Part shown: positions 11,600 to 24,740 of the stretch, piece after piece
How the letters are laid out: each line of letters starts with the position of its first letter
Position numbering within the stretch: position 1 is the first letter of the stretch
Source: Eledone cirrhosa
Taxonomy: Eukaryota
NCBI GenBank assembly: GCA_964016885.1
Contig: OZ024742.1
Location: 254,634,001-254,698,000, forward strand
DNA: 64,000 nucleotides
Direction of reading: 5' to 3'
Program-made: the position numbers and the translations under genes
Notes under the pieces: generated by a model
What the model saw: the letters and a program-made list of their open reading frames with translations, nothing else
What the model was told of the DNA's origin: nothing
Databases searched by the model: none

Positions 11600-12860
11600 T
11601 GACATGCAGGGATACAGTGTACTTATCCTAAATTAGATATATGTGCATACATTTTTTTGTTAGTTTCACTAAAATCCCACTACACCTGTTGTTTACTTAT
11701 GTTTTACATTGTGTACATCGTATAAAGTTCCCACCTATTCCTTTTCTACATTTTGATCATGGTCCCTTCCCTGATAGAACCAGAGTCCTGTTACGTTTCT
11801 TACTCACTAAAACGTTTGTCTTTGTTAAGTTTACTGTGAGGTCTTTTGATTCTATTTTCTGTTTCTACAGTAAGAATTTATTCTCTAGTTCTTACACAGA
11901 TTCAGGAATAAAATTCAAGTTGTTAGCATACAAAAATTCCTATGGATATTCAGTCATAAATTCCTCTGTTATGGCCTGGAGAACTATAATAATCAGGATT
12001 GGGCTGAAGACTGAACCCTCATTCACTTCTACATGTACTTTGAATTCCTCACTTAACTCATTTCCTACTTTCACTTTACTGACATCTCCTCTGTACATGG
12101 CTTGCACTGTTTATACAAGCTATTCTTCAACACCTAGTTTCCTTAATGACCACCAGATGACAGTTTGTGGTACTCTGTCAAAATGTCTTCTCTCGATTAA
12201 AAAAAAGCTAGATATAGTGGCTTACACTTGGCTAAAAATTTCTTGTCTCTTATAGTTGTCTCATTAAAAATAGGGCATATGCTTCAAAATCAAACTGCAT
12301 CTCATCCAAGACTCTTTTCCGAATTAGTTTTGTTAAATCTCTTCCTTATAGTTGCTCCTTTCTAGTGCATCTCTCTTTTCCTTGCAACAATTATTGACAT
12401 ACTTCTATGCCAGTCATTGTGTGTGACCCATCATGCACTACCTGACTGATTATGTGGATGACTAGTTCAGCTCCTGCTTCCAAAAAAGGTTTTAGTATCT
12501 CAGTGACTATCTCTGATGGACTAATAGACTCACCATTTTTCATCTCCTCAACTGTTTCTTTGACACTGAAAATGTCAATTCTGTTGGATCTGTTGGGTGT
12601 AGTCTCTCTTCCTCACACTCATTTTCCACATTCATCACTCTCTCATAGTAACATTTACACATGTAAAGTGCACCAGTGTCATTTTGAACACACTTTTCCC
12701 CAACAAAGTCCTGGATAAAAGTCAAGGATAAACTACTTAGTGATATGGAACATTTCATGTGTCTCATCCTTATCTCACAAGACATTGACAAGCATCCTGT
12801 TTTCAGGTTCTTTGCATGCTATGTATACCTGTCATCTAGCTTCTCTTTTAGATATTTGAT
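11600..12860 (-). pseudogene. Decayed RTE-clade LINE reverse transcriptase fragment
   Basis: Minus-strand remnants REDI/FDRVP-like and VNEGSVFSP (QGSxLSP-like), with many stops and frameshifts. Confidence 0.6.
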
Positions 12861-13104
12861 ATTGATCTTTGCTGTCCATGCTAATAAACCAATACCTCAA
12901 CATTTATAAATATTGAGGTAGAATTGTCTTTTGCGATTTTCAACAATCGAATTTCACTTACAAGGCATTGAACAAGTGAAAGCTATATTAGAAAATACTT
13001 GCCCGGCATGCCATATAGTGGCGACTGAACCCACAACCATACAGTTGTGAAGTGAAATCCTAACTGCACCGCTGTCTTATTTTATTACTAAAGTATTACC
13101 CAAC

Positions 13105-13562
13105 ATCTGACAGGTAAATATGGAGGTAAACATTATTTAACACTGTAGGCAACAGTGGGTAAATATGGAAGTTGAGGGTTAATACTGTGGATAACAGTGG
13201 ATAAATATGGTGTGGAGGTTTACCACTGTGGTTAACAGTAGGTAAATGTGGAAGTAAAGGTTACCACTATGGGTAACAGTGAATAAATATGGAGTTGGTG
13301 GTTTACTACTGTGGGTAAGAATGGAGGTAGAGTGTTACCACTATGGGTAACAGAAGGTAAATATAGAAGTAGAGGGTTTCTACTGTGGGTAAATATGGAA
13401 GTAGACGTTTACCACTATAGGTAACCGTGGGTAAATATGTAAGTAGAAGTTTACCACTGTAGTTTACAGTGGGTAAATATGGAAGTACAAGTTTACCACT
13501 GTGGGTGACAGTGGGTAAATATGGAGATAGATAGTTATCATTGTGAACAACAGTGGGTAAAT
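13105..13562. repeat. Diverged ~41-bp minisatellite
   Basis: Recurrent acagtgggtaaatatggaagtagaggtttaccactgtgggta units. Confidence 0.8.
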
Positions 13563-14169
13563 ACAGGTTGTCCCCCCAAAAAAAATGTATACTCATATTT
13601 ATTAGAATGCTGTTGAGGAATGTATACATATTTTGGGGACACGCTCTATATAAAACGGCATCAATGTGTTAATTAAAAACTAATGAATTCACTATGCCTG
13701 TAACCTTACAAATATATAGTCAATACACATCTGTGTATATACAACACAGAATTATCCAATACTCTAGGGATTACCATATATACAGATTGGGCAATTTGCC
13801 GGATCCAATGATGGGGATATAAACATGTAAAGATGTCAATTTTATGTATATTGAAAAAAATTACAAATTTAATATATACTATAAATATAGTAATAAATAA
13901 AGTAGCAATTTGAGAGAAAGGAAAGAAAAGGAACATATTTTCATATATGTATATACCATTTGTTAAAGAAAACAAAGAAAAGAAAATCTGAACTTCATAT
14001 AAATAGTCAGCAGACAATAATTACTTGTGCATATATGACCATATGCATGTGTGTGTGTTTGTAAGTGTTTATGTGTGTGTGAATATGATATGTATGTGTA
14101 TGTGTGTGTATATATATCATCATCATCATCATCGTTTAACGTCCATCTTCCACGCTTGCATGGGTATAA

Positions 14170-14251
<82 letters not shown>

Positions 14252-14312
14252 GTGTGTATATATATATGTATATACATACACACACACACACATACATAGA
14301 TATATATATATA

Positions 14313-15201
14313 TAGTAATAATAATAAATGTGAAGACTAAAATCCAAAGAGCGCTCGATAAGGATAAATATATATCAAATAATTAAGAACCGTAGAGCAA
14401 ATATTTATTAAAATAACAGATTAAAGTTTAAGCAAAGAATCGCTGCTTTCACCCTTAACGGGATCTTCTGAAACTAAAGAAATCAATCTGTGAACGCAGA
14501 AGTAAATATTTCGAAAAACGTTGCAACTGAAGGAAAAAAGGAAGACGATACTTTGGTTCGTGAAGACGTTCCCTGGCAATGAACGGGAAAAAAGCGAAGA
14601 TAATACGTCGTTATGTGAATCATGAGAACAATTACACGCAAAGACAGAACCACGTTTATGGTATAAATGAAGTCGTAGACTAATATTCTATTTAGAAAAC
14701 CGAAAGATTCGTGGCTTCGGAGTTAAGATCAATGTAAATAAATTAGTAGAACGAAAATGACAGAGGTTATTAAAATCATAAAAGTAATAATTAAATATAT
14801 ACATGCACACATATATACGTACATACACGTGCTTACGCGAAAACACACGCCATGCATATACACATGCACATACACATAAACACGCGCACACATATGTAAA
14901 CCCGCGTGACACATGTACCCGCAAACATACGAACGTATACACCAAATACACATATAAAAATATATGTGTGTATATATATAATTATATAAATGTATATAAA
15001 TATACACACATAAATACGTATCTATTGCACGCACACACATACCTACAGGTAAATACACATATGTTCACCAAACGTACATACACCAAAAATCAATGTACAC
15101 ATATACACACCTTGCGTACGTGCAAATACGCATACACGCATACACACACAAATTCGAAATACACATATAAACATATACACATAACCATATTCACACAAAC
15201 C

Positions 15202-15206
<5 letters not shown>
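14313..15206 (-). mobile_element. Multi-copy (TA)n-associated non-coding element, family A (other copies 18369-18435, 44352-44520, 55496-56752)
   Basis: All copies begin (TA)n-gtaataataataaat...aagactaaaatc. 14313-15200 is co-linear with 55496-56300. Confidence 0.8.
14425..14475 (-). ncRNA. Hammerhead-like fold with variant CAGAAGA core (also 55607-55657 minus, 56680-56730 plus)
   Basis: AGTTT-CAGAAGA-t-CCC gttaa GGG-t-GAA-AGCA gcgattctt TGCT-T-AAACT; all three stems pair. Confidence 0.6.
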
Positions 15207-15237
<31 letters not shown>

Positions 15238-15449
15238 GGAGTGAAAACAATGGAAAAATGAATAGAACAGACAGTCCCTTCTCCTTCTCTGTTGATCGAT
15301 GGAGATACATTGTAATTATAATTATGATATTGATGGACATGAGAATGAGTAAACAATACTGAAGTAGAGATTAAATGTTCTGTATAATGACTATCTGGTG
15401 AGTCTTAGTACTCTGAAGTTTCATCTGCACACTCCCAGGATCATCACAC

Positions 15450-15716
15450 GTATACATACATACATACATACATACATACATACATACATACATACATACA
15501 TACATACATACATGGTGGCTGCCAACTCGTTTTCGAGTACGGCCACTACTTTATATCCATGTAGGAGAACCCCTACTGATGCGCTGAACGAGTGTGACTT
15601 TTTAGTCCAGCCAGCGACTTGAAAACTCTGGTACAAAGACTACACTTGTGACAATTATTGACACATAGTGTTGGGCCCATGGTACCATGTGACGACAAGT
15701 GCAGAGAGATCTCCAG
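15450..15716 (-). mobile_element. 3' end of an RTE/BovB-like LINE with C-terminal C2H2 finger and (TATG)n tail
   Basis: Minus strand CSLCTRVFKSLAGLKSHTRSAHQ*, followed by a short UTR and (atgt)n. Confidence 0.6.
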
Positions 15717-15717
15717 A

Positions 15718-16063
15718 TATAAAGCAATGCCTGTGCCGTGAAGCTTTTATAGTGAGCAAAGGCACTGCACAAAGCCAGTCCCACTCTCTTAACCAAGATG
15801 ATATTTACCAAAAAGAAGAACAAGTCAACATCATTGGATACCATCATTGGATACCATCAGGGTTGCAGGTGTTATATCAGAGTTTTCCTTCTCCTAGAAT
15901 TCTAGGAGAAATAAAGCAATGCCTGTGCCGTGAAGCTTTTATAGTGAGCAAAGGTACTGCACAAAGCCAGTCCCACTCTCTTAACCAAAAAGAATAACAA
16001 GTCAACATCATTGGATACCATCAGGGTTGCAGGTGTTATATCAGAGGTTTCCTTCTCCTAGAA
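15718..16063. repeat. Local direct duplication (~150-180 bp arms)
   Basis: ataaagcaatgcctgtgccg...ttctcctagaat at 15718-15900 and 15911-16063. Confidence 0.85.
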
Positions 16064-16098
16064 TGCTGCCTTGACAAAGGCATACATACATACATACA

Positions 16099-16132
<34 letters not shown>

Positions 16133-16595
16133 GTGAAGGTGCATGGATTAGTGGTTAAAGCATTGGGCTTGCAATCGAAAGGTTGTGAGTTCAATTCTCA
16201 GACCGGGTGATGTGTTGTTTCCTTGAGCAAGACACTTTATTTCACATTGCTCCAATTTACTCAGCTGTAGAAATGAGATGATAGGACTGGGGCCCCTATC
16301 ATTCCACTGCAAAGTGGTCGTGGAGGTGCCACGGCAAAAAAGCACCCAGCCCACACTGTAAAGTGGACATGTAGGCGCCACGAAAAAAAAAAAGCACTCA
16401 GCACTCACTGTAAATGAGGTTGGTGGTAGGAAGGGCATCCAGCTGTAGAAATCAAGCCAGAATCAGTTCCCGTATGAGCAAGACAAGGTCAGCCGACTGG
16501 ATATTGCCCACAACAGGACAACCCGTTTAACTCATGCTAGCGTGGACGAACAGACGTAAAATGGTGATGATGATGAAGATGATGATGATGATGAT
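16133..16595 (+). mobile_element. tRNA-derived SINE with RTE-type (GAT)n tail (related head at ~52652-52800)
   Basis: A box tggattagtgg, B box gagttcaattc, central tccttgagcaagacacttt, 3' gacgtaaaatggtgatgatgat. Confidence 0.75.
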
Positions 16596-17629
16596 ATATA
16601 TATATATATATATATCAAATTATAAAATAAGAAGAAATAGTAGACACAGATATATACCCATTTTTTCTTCAAAGCCTCGACTGTACCGTATGCAACAATT
16701 GCACATTATGGATGTGCAATATTGCTGTGAGGCACACCAGCTTCTCAAAGAACACCTCAGGGAATGAACGTTTTCCAGATACGTTTGTAACACGTGACAA
16801 AATCTCTATAGGTGGAGGGAGAAATTAACGCGTAATGTATCGGTCAAGAAAGAGGACTGATTCCCTTGTAGCAAGTGAAAATATTTCAAAGGGTGGAGGG
16901 AGAAATTAATGCATGATACAGAGGTCGCAGGCGGGTAGTAAGGTGGATGGAAAGTAATTATAGTGTTTGCTTGAGAAAGCAGTTACTACACTTTCAGGTT
17001 AACTCAACCATAGCGGAGTTTGAGACCATATAATAATGAGATACACACTCATACATGTATATATATATATATTTTTCACATGTATGTGCGTGTGTGGGGT
17101 GTCAACCTTAACCAGTTTTGCTTGATGATCAGGAGAGACAAAATAATCAAAATATTTAAATTGACTCGATATCAGAGCTACATATCAAATTATAAAATAA
17201 GAAGAAATAGTACACATATATATATATATAAATGAAAGCAAGAGGTACAAGGAGAGAGAAGGGGGAGAGAGAAAGAGGATAGCAGTAAGGTGATAGAAAA
17301 AAGAAAAACCACAGCGAGGGGAAAAATTATATATGAATTAAAAAATGGCGTGCTGCGTTGTTGCGAGTGGGATACATATGAATGAAAATAGGGCGAGAAA
17401 TGGGACTGCCCATCATCAGTGATCTGCTGACTATCATTGGTATTTCTTTGCATTAAAGACCAGATACTTCAAAATCAGTGCGAGCAATAACTAAAATAAA
17501 TTATTGGGATAGAGCAAACTGGATGGAGAAAGAAGTACTGTAAACAAACAACATAGTAGTAATGCAACATAAAGAGAGGAAAAGAGAGACAAGTCAATGA
17601 TACTTGTGAACTTAAGTTCAAACAAATCG

Positions 17630-18351
17630 ATCGACCGCAGTTCCGACGTCACAGCCTTTTTGATGTCGTCCACGTCTTCAAAACGGGTCCCCTCCAGGTC
17701 GTACTCGGAGATCCATGACTCATCGCCAGTGATGACTGTCCCTAGCAAGTCTGGTTCGGTTTCAAGATGCTCAAGGATGTCCTGGCACACTTGCATGCGT
17801 TGACCCTTCTGGTCATCGTTCAGCAGTTTTGGACCCATCTTTGCGCAGACTTTCCGCATATCCAAATCTTCAGTGAGAATCTTCCAGACGCTGTTCCGAT
17901 TCATGCCCAGCTCATTTGCCATCAGTCGAACAGTCAGCCGACGATCGCTATGCACCATCTGCCTGATGCGCTCAATGTTGACCTCAGTCTTGGTTGTTGA
18001 GGGCCTTCCGCTCCTGGGGTCATCTTGCACCACTCCGTAACACGTGAGCGTGACATCGTCTCATCTCCATACACTTGCTGCAGCAATCCCAGTGCTTCTG
18101 ACGGAGTTTTCCCCAACCATACCAGAAACTTCAAGTTTGTTTGTTGCTCTGTGTTCATTGCTTGACGACCTGAAACAGAGGACATGTATATAAAATTATG
18201 AAGAAAAAAGTGTGATCGCTTCAGAGAGCTAAGATTACAGTTACATACTCCAGTGGGATTACTTTGAAGGAGAAAACTCTTAGTGTGAAGTTTGGGTTTG
18301 AAATAAATCTTTTGTGACATCAGTCCTGGAACTTTTCTGACACACCTCGTA
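17630..18351 (-). mobile_element. Internally deleted, frameshifted mariner transposon with one TIR
   Basis: DDPRSGRPST, DRRLTVR, RKVCAK, VITGDESW, GTRFEDVDDIK motifs. TIR tacgaggtgtgtcagaaaagttcc abuts (TA)n. Confidence 0.85.
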
Positions 18352-18679
18352 TATATATATATATATATAGTAATAATAATAAATGCAAAGACTAAAATCT
18401 AAAGAGGGCTTGATAAGGATAAATATATATCAAATAGAAAACATGAGTGGAACAGCAACATCACAACTTACAATTAAGGACAAAATGAAAACACACACAC
18501 ACATAGAACACACAACCAACCAGTAACATGTAAATAAACAAATAAATAAACGAATATAAACACACACAGACACCCGGATGTAACACATGCGCAAACTAAG
18601 CACACAACACACACACAAAAACAAGATGGCGTAGGACAGAACAAAGGAGAGACACAAAAAACAAAGAAAAGAATCCCCA

Positions 18680-18722
18680 GTCACTGAAGAGGTCACAGAA
18701 TGTGTGACGAAAGAACTTTGAC
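18680..18722 (+). ncRNA. Minimal hammerhead motif with CTGAAGA core
   Basis: GTCA-CTGAAGA-g-GTCAC agaatgt GTGAC-GAAAG AA CTT-TGAC. Confidence 0.6.
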
Positions 18723-18767
18723 AATATATAAACAACCATCTGGTTGTGGAACCAACAAACCAACCGG

Positions 18768-18950
18768 AAATTTATAAATTTATTATAATAAATTGAAGTG
18801 AAAGCAACTGGTGCGTGTGTTTCTTATTGGCAACATGACCCTCCCAAAGTATAACAATATATATATATATATATATTGTTATACTTTGGGAAGGTCATGT
18901 TGCCAACCAGTTGCTTTCACTTCAATTTATTATAATAAATTTATAAATTT
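18768..18950. repeat. Near-perfect palindrome centred on a (TA)n tract
   Basis: aaatttataaatttattataataaattgaagtgaaagcaactgg...aaagtataacaa(ta)n is mirrored. Related single arms at ~63885-63965 and ~48960-49015. Confidence 0.85.
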
Positions 18951-19122
18951 AGGAATTTATAAATATATTTTAGGAATTTATAAATATATATATATATATA
19001 TATATATAAATTGAAAAAAAATGAAAACGAAATTTCATTTCTCACTCTAAGTATGGCACTTACTTAAATGTAAGTATGTATGTATACGTACATACATATA
19101 TGTATACAGACGTACAGTAGCA

Positions 19123-19162
<40 letters not shown>

Positions 19163-19331
19163 TATACATATATGCATACAGGTACACATACATATATGCA
19201 CGCATCAGTTTAGCCGACGTTTATTATAACGCCGCTTTGTTCGTTTGTTTGTCAACAAACCGAACAGCCTGAATTTATGCCATACGGTGTTAAGGCAACC
19301 ACGTCACCTTTTTGTTCAACACTGACACAGG

Positions 19332-19376
19332 AACGATGTACTAGTTTCAAGCTTGTTAGCTATCATCAGCACCGTT
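19332..19376 (-). ncRNA. Minimal type I hammerhead ribozyme (array copy, inverted arm)
   Basis: Reverse complement of the motif at 20055-20099. Confidence 0.8.
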
Positions 19377-19611
19377 TGCCCATCTGCCAGATAGTTGAAC
19401 GTTCGAAAGTATATACTTTCCTTATGAAAATTAACGGCTGAGCAGCCTAATTTGCATATTGAGTGAGTTAAATCGGTCAGGCATACCGAAATCGATAAGT
19501 TGAAAAAAAATGAAAACGAAATTTCATTTCTCACTCTTAGTAAGGCACTTACTTAAATGTAAGTATGTATGTATACGTACATACATATATGTATACAGAC
19601 GTACAGTAGAA

Positions 19612-19713
<102 letters not shown>

Positions 19714-20054
19714 TATACATGTATGCATACAGGTACACATACATATATGCACGCATCAGTTTAGCCGACGTTTATTATAACGCCGCTTTGTTCGTTTGTT
19801 TGTCAACAAACCGAACAGCCTGCTACTGTACGTCTGTATACATATATGTATGTACGTATACATACATACTTACATTTATGTAAGTGCCATACTAAGAGTG
19901 AGAAATGAAATTTCGTTTTCATTTTTTTCAACTTATCGTTTTCGGTATGCCTGACCGATTTAACTCACTCAATATGCAAATTAGGCTGCTCAGCCGTTAA
20001 TTTTCATAAGGAAAGTATATACTTTCGAACGTTCAACTATCTGGCAGATGGGTA

Positions 20055-20099
20055 AACGGTGCTGATGATAGCTAACAAGCTTGAAACTAGTACATCGTT
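20055..20099 (+). ncRNA. Minimal type I hammerhead ribozyme (array copy 1)
   Basis: AACGGTG-CTGATGA-t-AGC taacaa GCT-t-GAAAC TA GTA-CATCGTT. Stem I is 7 bp; stem III is the palindrome ACTAGT; predicted cut after 20092. Confidence 0.85.
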
Positions 20100-20257
20100 C
20101 CTGTGTCAGTGTTGAACAAAAAGGTGACGTGGTTGCCTTAACACCGTATGGCATAAATTCAGGCTGTTCGGTTTGTTGACAAACAAACGAACAAAGCGGC
20201 GTTATAATAAACGTCGGCTAAACTGATGCGTGCATATATGTATGTGTACCTGTATGC

Positions 20258-20320
<63 letters not shown>

Positions 20321-20555
20321 TGCTACTGTACGTATGTATACATATATGTATGTACGTATACATACATACTTACATTTAAGTAAGTGCCATACTAAGAGTG
20401 AGAAATGAAATTTCGTTTTCATTTTTTTTCAACTTATCGTTTTCGGTATGCCTGACCGATTTAACTCACTCAATATGCAAATTAGGCTGCTCAGCCGTTA
20501 ATTTTCATAAGGAAAGTATATACTTTCGAACGTTCAACTATCTGGCAGATGGGTA

Positions 20556-20600
20556 AACGGTGCTGATGATAGCTAACAAGCTTGAAACTAGTACATCGTT
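20556..20600 (+). ncRNA. Minimal type I hammerhead ribozyme (array copy 2)
   Basis: Identical to 20055-20099; predicted cut after 20593. Confidence 0.85.
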
Positions 20601-20769
20601 CCTGTGTCAGTGTTGAACAAAAAGGTGACGTGGTTGCCTTAACACCGTATGGCATACATTCAGGCTGTTCGGTTTGTTGACAAACAAACGAACAAAGCGG
20701 CGTTATAATAAATGTCGGCTAAACTGATGCGTGCATATATGTATATGTACCTGTATGCATATATGTATA

Positions 20770-20869
<100 letters not shown>

Positions 20870-21104
20870 TGCTACTGTACGTATGTATACATATATGTAT
20901 GTACGTATACATACATACTTACATTTAAGTAAGTGCCATACTAAGAGTGAGAAATGAAATTTCGTTTTCATTTTTTTTCAACTTATCGTTTTCGGTATGC
21001 CTGACCGATTTAACTCACTCAATATGCAAATTAGGCTGCTCAGCCGTTAATTTTCATAAGGAAAGTATATACTTTCGAACGTTCAACTATCTGGCAGATG
21101 GGTA

Positions 21105-21149
21105 AACGGTGCTGATGATAGCTAACAAGCTTGAAACTAGTACATCGTT
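21105..21149 (+). ncRNA. Minimal type I hammerhead ribozyme (array copy 3)
   Basis: Identical to 20055-20099; predicted cut after 21142. Confidence 0.85.
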
Positions 21150-21324
21150 CCTGTGTCAGTGTTGAACAAAAAGGTGACGTGGTTGCCTTAACACCGTATG
21201 GCATACATTCAGGCTGTTCGGTTTGTTGACAAACAAACGAACAAAGCGGCGTTATAATAAATGTCGGCTAAACTGATGCGTGCATATATGTATATGTACC
21301 TGTATGCATATATGTATATATATG

Positions 21325-21412
<88 letters not shown>

Positions 21413-21465
21413 TGCTACTGTACGTCTGTATACATATACGTATGTACGTATACATACATACTTAC

Positions 21466-21508
<43 letters not shown>

Positions 21509-21520
21509 TATACATATATG

Positions 21521-21552
<32 letters not shown>

Positions 21553-21605
21553 TATGTATATATATATTAAGAGAGTAAAACAAAGAATCCTTTAATACAT
21601 CAAAA

Positions 21606-21662
21606 GTTTTTATTAGCCGACAATGTTTCGTCCTATTAAGGACTCATCAGGGCAATCAAAAC
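21606..21662 (-). ncRNA. Type I hammerhead ribozyme with canonical GUC site
   Basis: gttttgattGCC-CTGATGA-GTCC ttaata GGAC-GAAAC ATT GTC-GGCtaataaaaac. Confidence 0.85.
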
Positions 21663-23611
21663 AACAAGAGGTAATATCGGCAGATACAAGCCAGAAACTC
21701 TGAAAAATATGGAGTGTACATACACTAATGTCTTACAAAAAGATATGATAATAAAAATGAAAATTTTTATTATAAACCCAAATATTCTAGTAGTACAAAT
21801 TGTACCCATTAGCAGATATATTCCATTACTTAGTTTTTTGTTTGGGTTCTTTTGTTTGCCAACATTAATGTTATCATTGGTTTTTGATGACTCTTCATTC
21901 TAGCTCTCATAATCATTTGGCTACTGTACCATATCTATGTCTTCACTATTACACCTTGTTAGTATACATAAGATTACACACTTTACGCCACTTACGTTAT
22001 TCTATTATTATCTTTATTTTTTTATTATTATTAACTTTAATTTTAATTTTAATTTTATTTTTAATTCTATTTTTAATTCTAAGTCTATTCTGATTTATCT
22101 ATCGACAACCCCCTCCCCCTCCCCCCCTCCCCCCATGCGCACATAAACTTATTGTCAACCCCTCCAGATTGAATATGATTATATTTAACCCCCCCTCTTT
22201 TATGCTCCGTTCTATTATTTATTATAGTATATCGACTATATTTTATGCCACTTCGCACCCTCCATATATTTTTTTATTATTATTAACTTTAATTTTAATT
22301 TTAATTTTATTTTTAATTCTATTTTTATTTCTAAGTCTATTCTGATTTATCTACCGACCCCCCCCCCCCCCTTCCCCCTACCCCCATGCGCACATAAACT
22401 TATTGTCAACCCCTCCAGATTGAATATGATTATATTTAACCCCCCCTCTTTTATGCTCCGTTCCATTATTTATTATAGTATATCGACTATATTTTATGCC
22501 ACTTCGCACCCTCCATATATTTCGTCAATTCTGTCCCCTTTAGCCTACCTTAATTCTACTTAAGTCAGTTTTTTAGATATCGTTGCGTATATGATAGTAT
22601 AATTTTCATTCCTTTTTGTAAACATTTGTAACGATACATTAAAGTTTATATACTTTAATGACTTAAACTACAGCTAATATTATACTACCTTATTGGACGG
22701 GTTCGATATTCTTAATATTAATTTATCAAATAGGGTTTGGAGTCAATTAAAATGATTGCTTTCCTTAGTGTTTACCTAATTTCTTAAATGCACGCGAGGC
22801 CTAAGTGTGTATATATTTGCTTTTGTTTTGTAATTTCCGGTTGATTGTATTTATTTGTTTTATTCTATATTCTATTTACTATTCACTGTCTGGCTTCGCT
22901 CACTCATCCACATATGTCTGTCTACTAACCTTGTAATTATAAGTATTTATATATTTATATATTTTATGCCAATTTTATAATATATTATATTATATTGTAT
23001 GTAATATTGATCCTTATTACTTACTGTTCATTATATGTAACATTATGATATTTAAACTTTATATATCATGTAAGATGTCTGGATTTTTGTAATACTGTAA
23101 TATTGATCCTTATTGCTTACTGTTCATTATATGTAACATTATGATATTTAGACTTTACATATCATGTTAGATGTCTGTATATTTTTCTGTAACATCATAT
23201 TTTTTTCTGTAACATCATCATTTTTCCCTGTACCATTATAGTTTTTTTTGAGTATTATATAATTTATATTTCCTCATTTATTCTGTAACCCAGTATGAAT
23301 CAATTTGTATATATTGTTTATGGTACATGTTAATACACTGTTAACGTTTTATCATTGTATTTTATTGTGACATCTATATTGTTTCTGTAAATTAACCGGT
23401 GATTATCTATTTTATTATATTATATTGAATTATATAATTTTGTTGTTTACTATTTGTTATATATGTTTCTTGTAATTATATCATATTATTGCCTCATGTA
23501 TATTGGGTAGATGTATTAGTATTATTTTCACTCTTAACATGCTTATTTTTAATATTCAAACTTCTAATAGGGCTTAATTTTTGTGTAGTCGAACATAGAT
23601 GTCTGTGTTGT

Positions 23612-23649
<38 letters not shown>

Positions 23650-23991
23650 CATATATACATGTATATTTTGTACCTTTTGATTTTTGATTTTTAATTTGGA
23701 ATTTTAATGTTGGTAAAAGAATATTATTATTATAATGTATTATATTGTGTTATATATAATTCCTGCTCTATATAACCAAATTTGTTTAGATTTAGGTTGG
23801 TTGCTTTGGACTATATTTGTAATATGGTTCTTAATGTTATCTACATCCTTAGTTATTCTTATTATATATTTTTTATTATTTTTATCCTTATTTTCATTTT
23901 TATTATCATATATTTTTGTAAGACATTAATGTATGTACACTCCATATTCTTCAGAGTTTCTGGCTTGTATCTGCCGATATTACCTCTTGTT

Positions 23992-24048
23992 GTTTTGATT
24001 GCCCTGATGAGTCCTTAATAGGCCGAAACATTGTCGGCTAATAAAAAC
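23992..24048 (+). ncRNA. Type I hammerhead ribozyme with one stem II mismatch
   Basis: Same as 21606-21662 except GGAC>GGCC in stem II. Confidence 0.75.
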
Positions 24049-24188
24049 TTTTGATGTATTAAAGGATTCTTTGTTTTACTCTCTTAATTTTTTGGCTCTG
24101 TTTAACTGCATTGAGCTATACCTTTTACTGTCATTTCTATAATACGAAGAGGGTGTTTGACTCAAACACGCTCCAGTATTCTAATCCT

Positions 24189-24271
<83 letters not shown>

Positions 24272-24293
24272 GTATATATATATATATATATAA

Positions 24294-24346
<53 letters not shown>

Positions 24347-24354
24347 TGTATATA

Positions 24355-24393
<39 letters not shown>

Positions 24394-24419
24394 GTATATA
24401 TATATATATATATATATAC

Positions 24420-24469
<50 letters not shown>

Positions 24470-24513
24470 GTATATATATATTACATATATATGTATATAT
24501 GTGTATATATATG

Positions 24514-24563
<50 letters not shown>

Positions 24564-24692
24564 ATAGTACAGCATATACGAAGTTCGATCAGCAGCCAAG
24601 CCAGCGAATGCTTTCAGCAGTGGAGCCAAGCACTCGACAAGGAATAAACCTCAGAGTAATAACATACAGTTTAAAGGGTGTGTATGTGTGTG

Positions 24693-24740
<48 letters not shown>

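Larger units (their letters stand above)
21566..24190 (+). mobile_element. 2.6-kb non-coding element with ~200-bp inverted terminal arms containing hammerheads and a 3' tail, between (TA)n tracts
   Basis: 21566-21764 is the reverse complement of 23890-24088. Unpaired tail 24089-24190. AT-rich interior with local duplications (~22015-22270/22270-22520; ~23005-23090/23098-23180). Confidence 0.75.

Noticed and set aside
17396-17422. Minus-strand CTGATGA-TGGG cagt CCCA half hammerhead
   Set aside because: Followed by TTTC rather than GAAA; the core is incomplete.
19450-19457. Octamer ATTTGCAT in the tandem HHR unit as an snRNA-type promoter element
   Set aside because: A single 8-mer in AT-rich DNA with no recognisable PSE; insufficient support.
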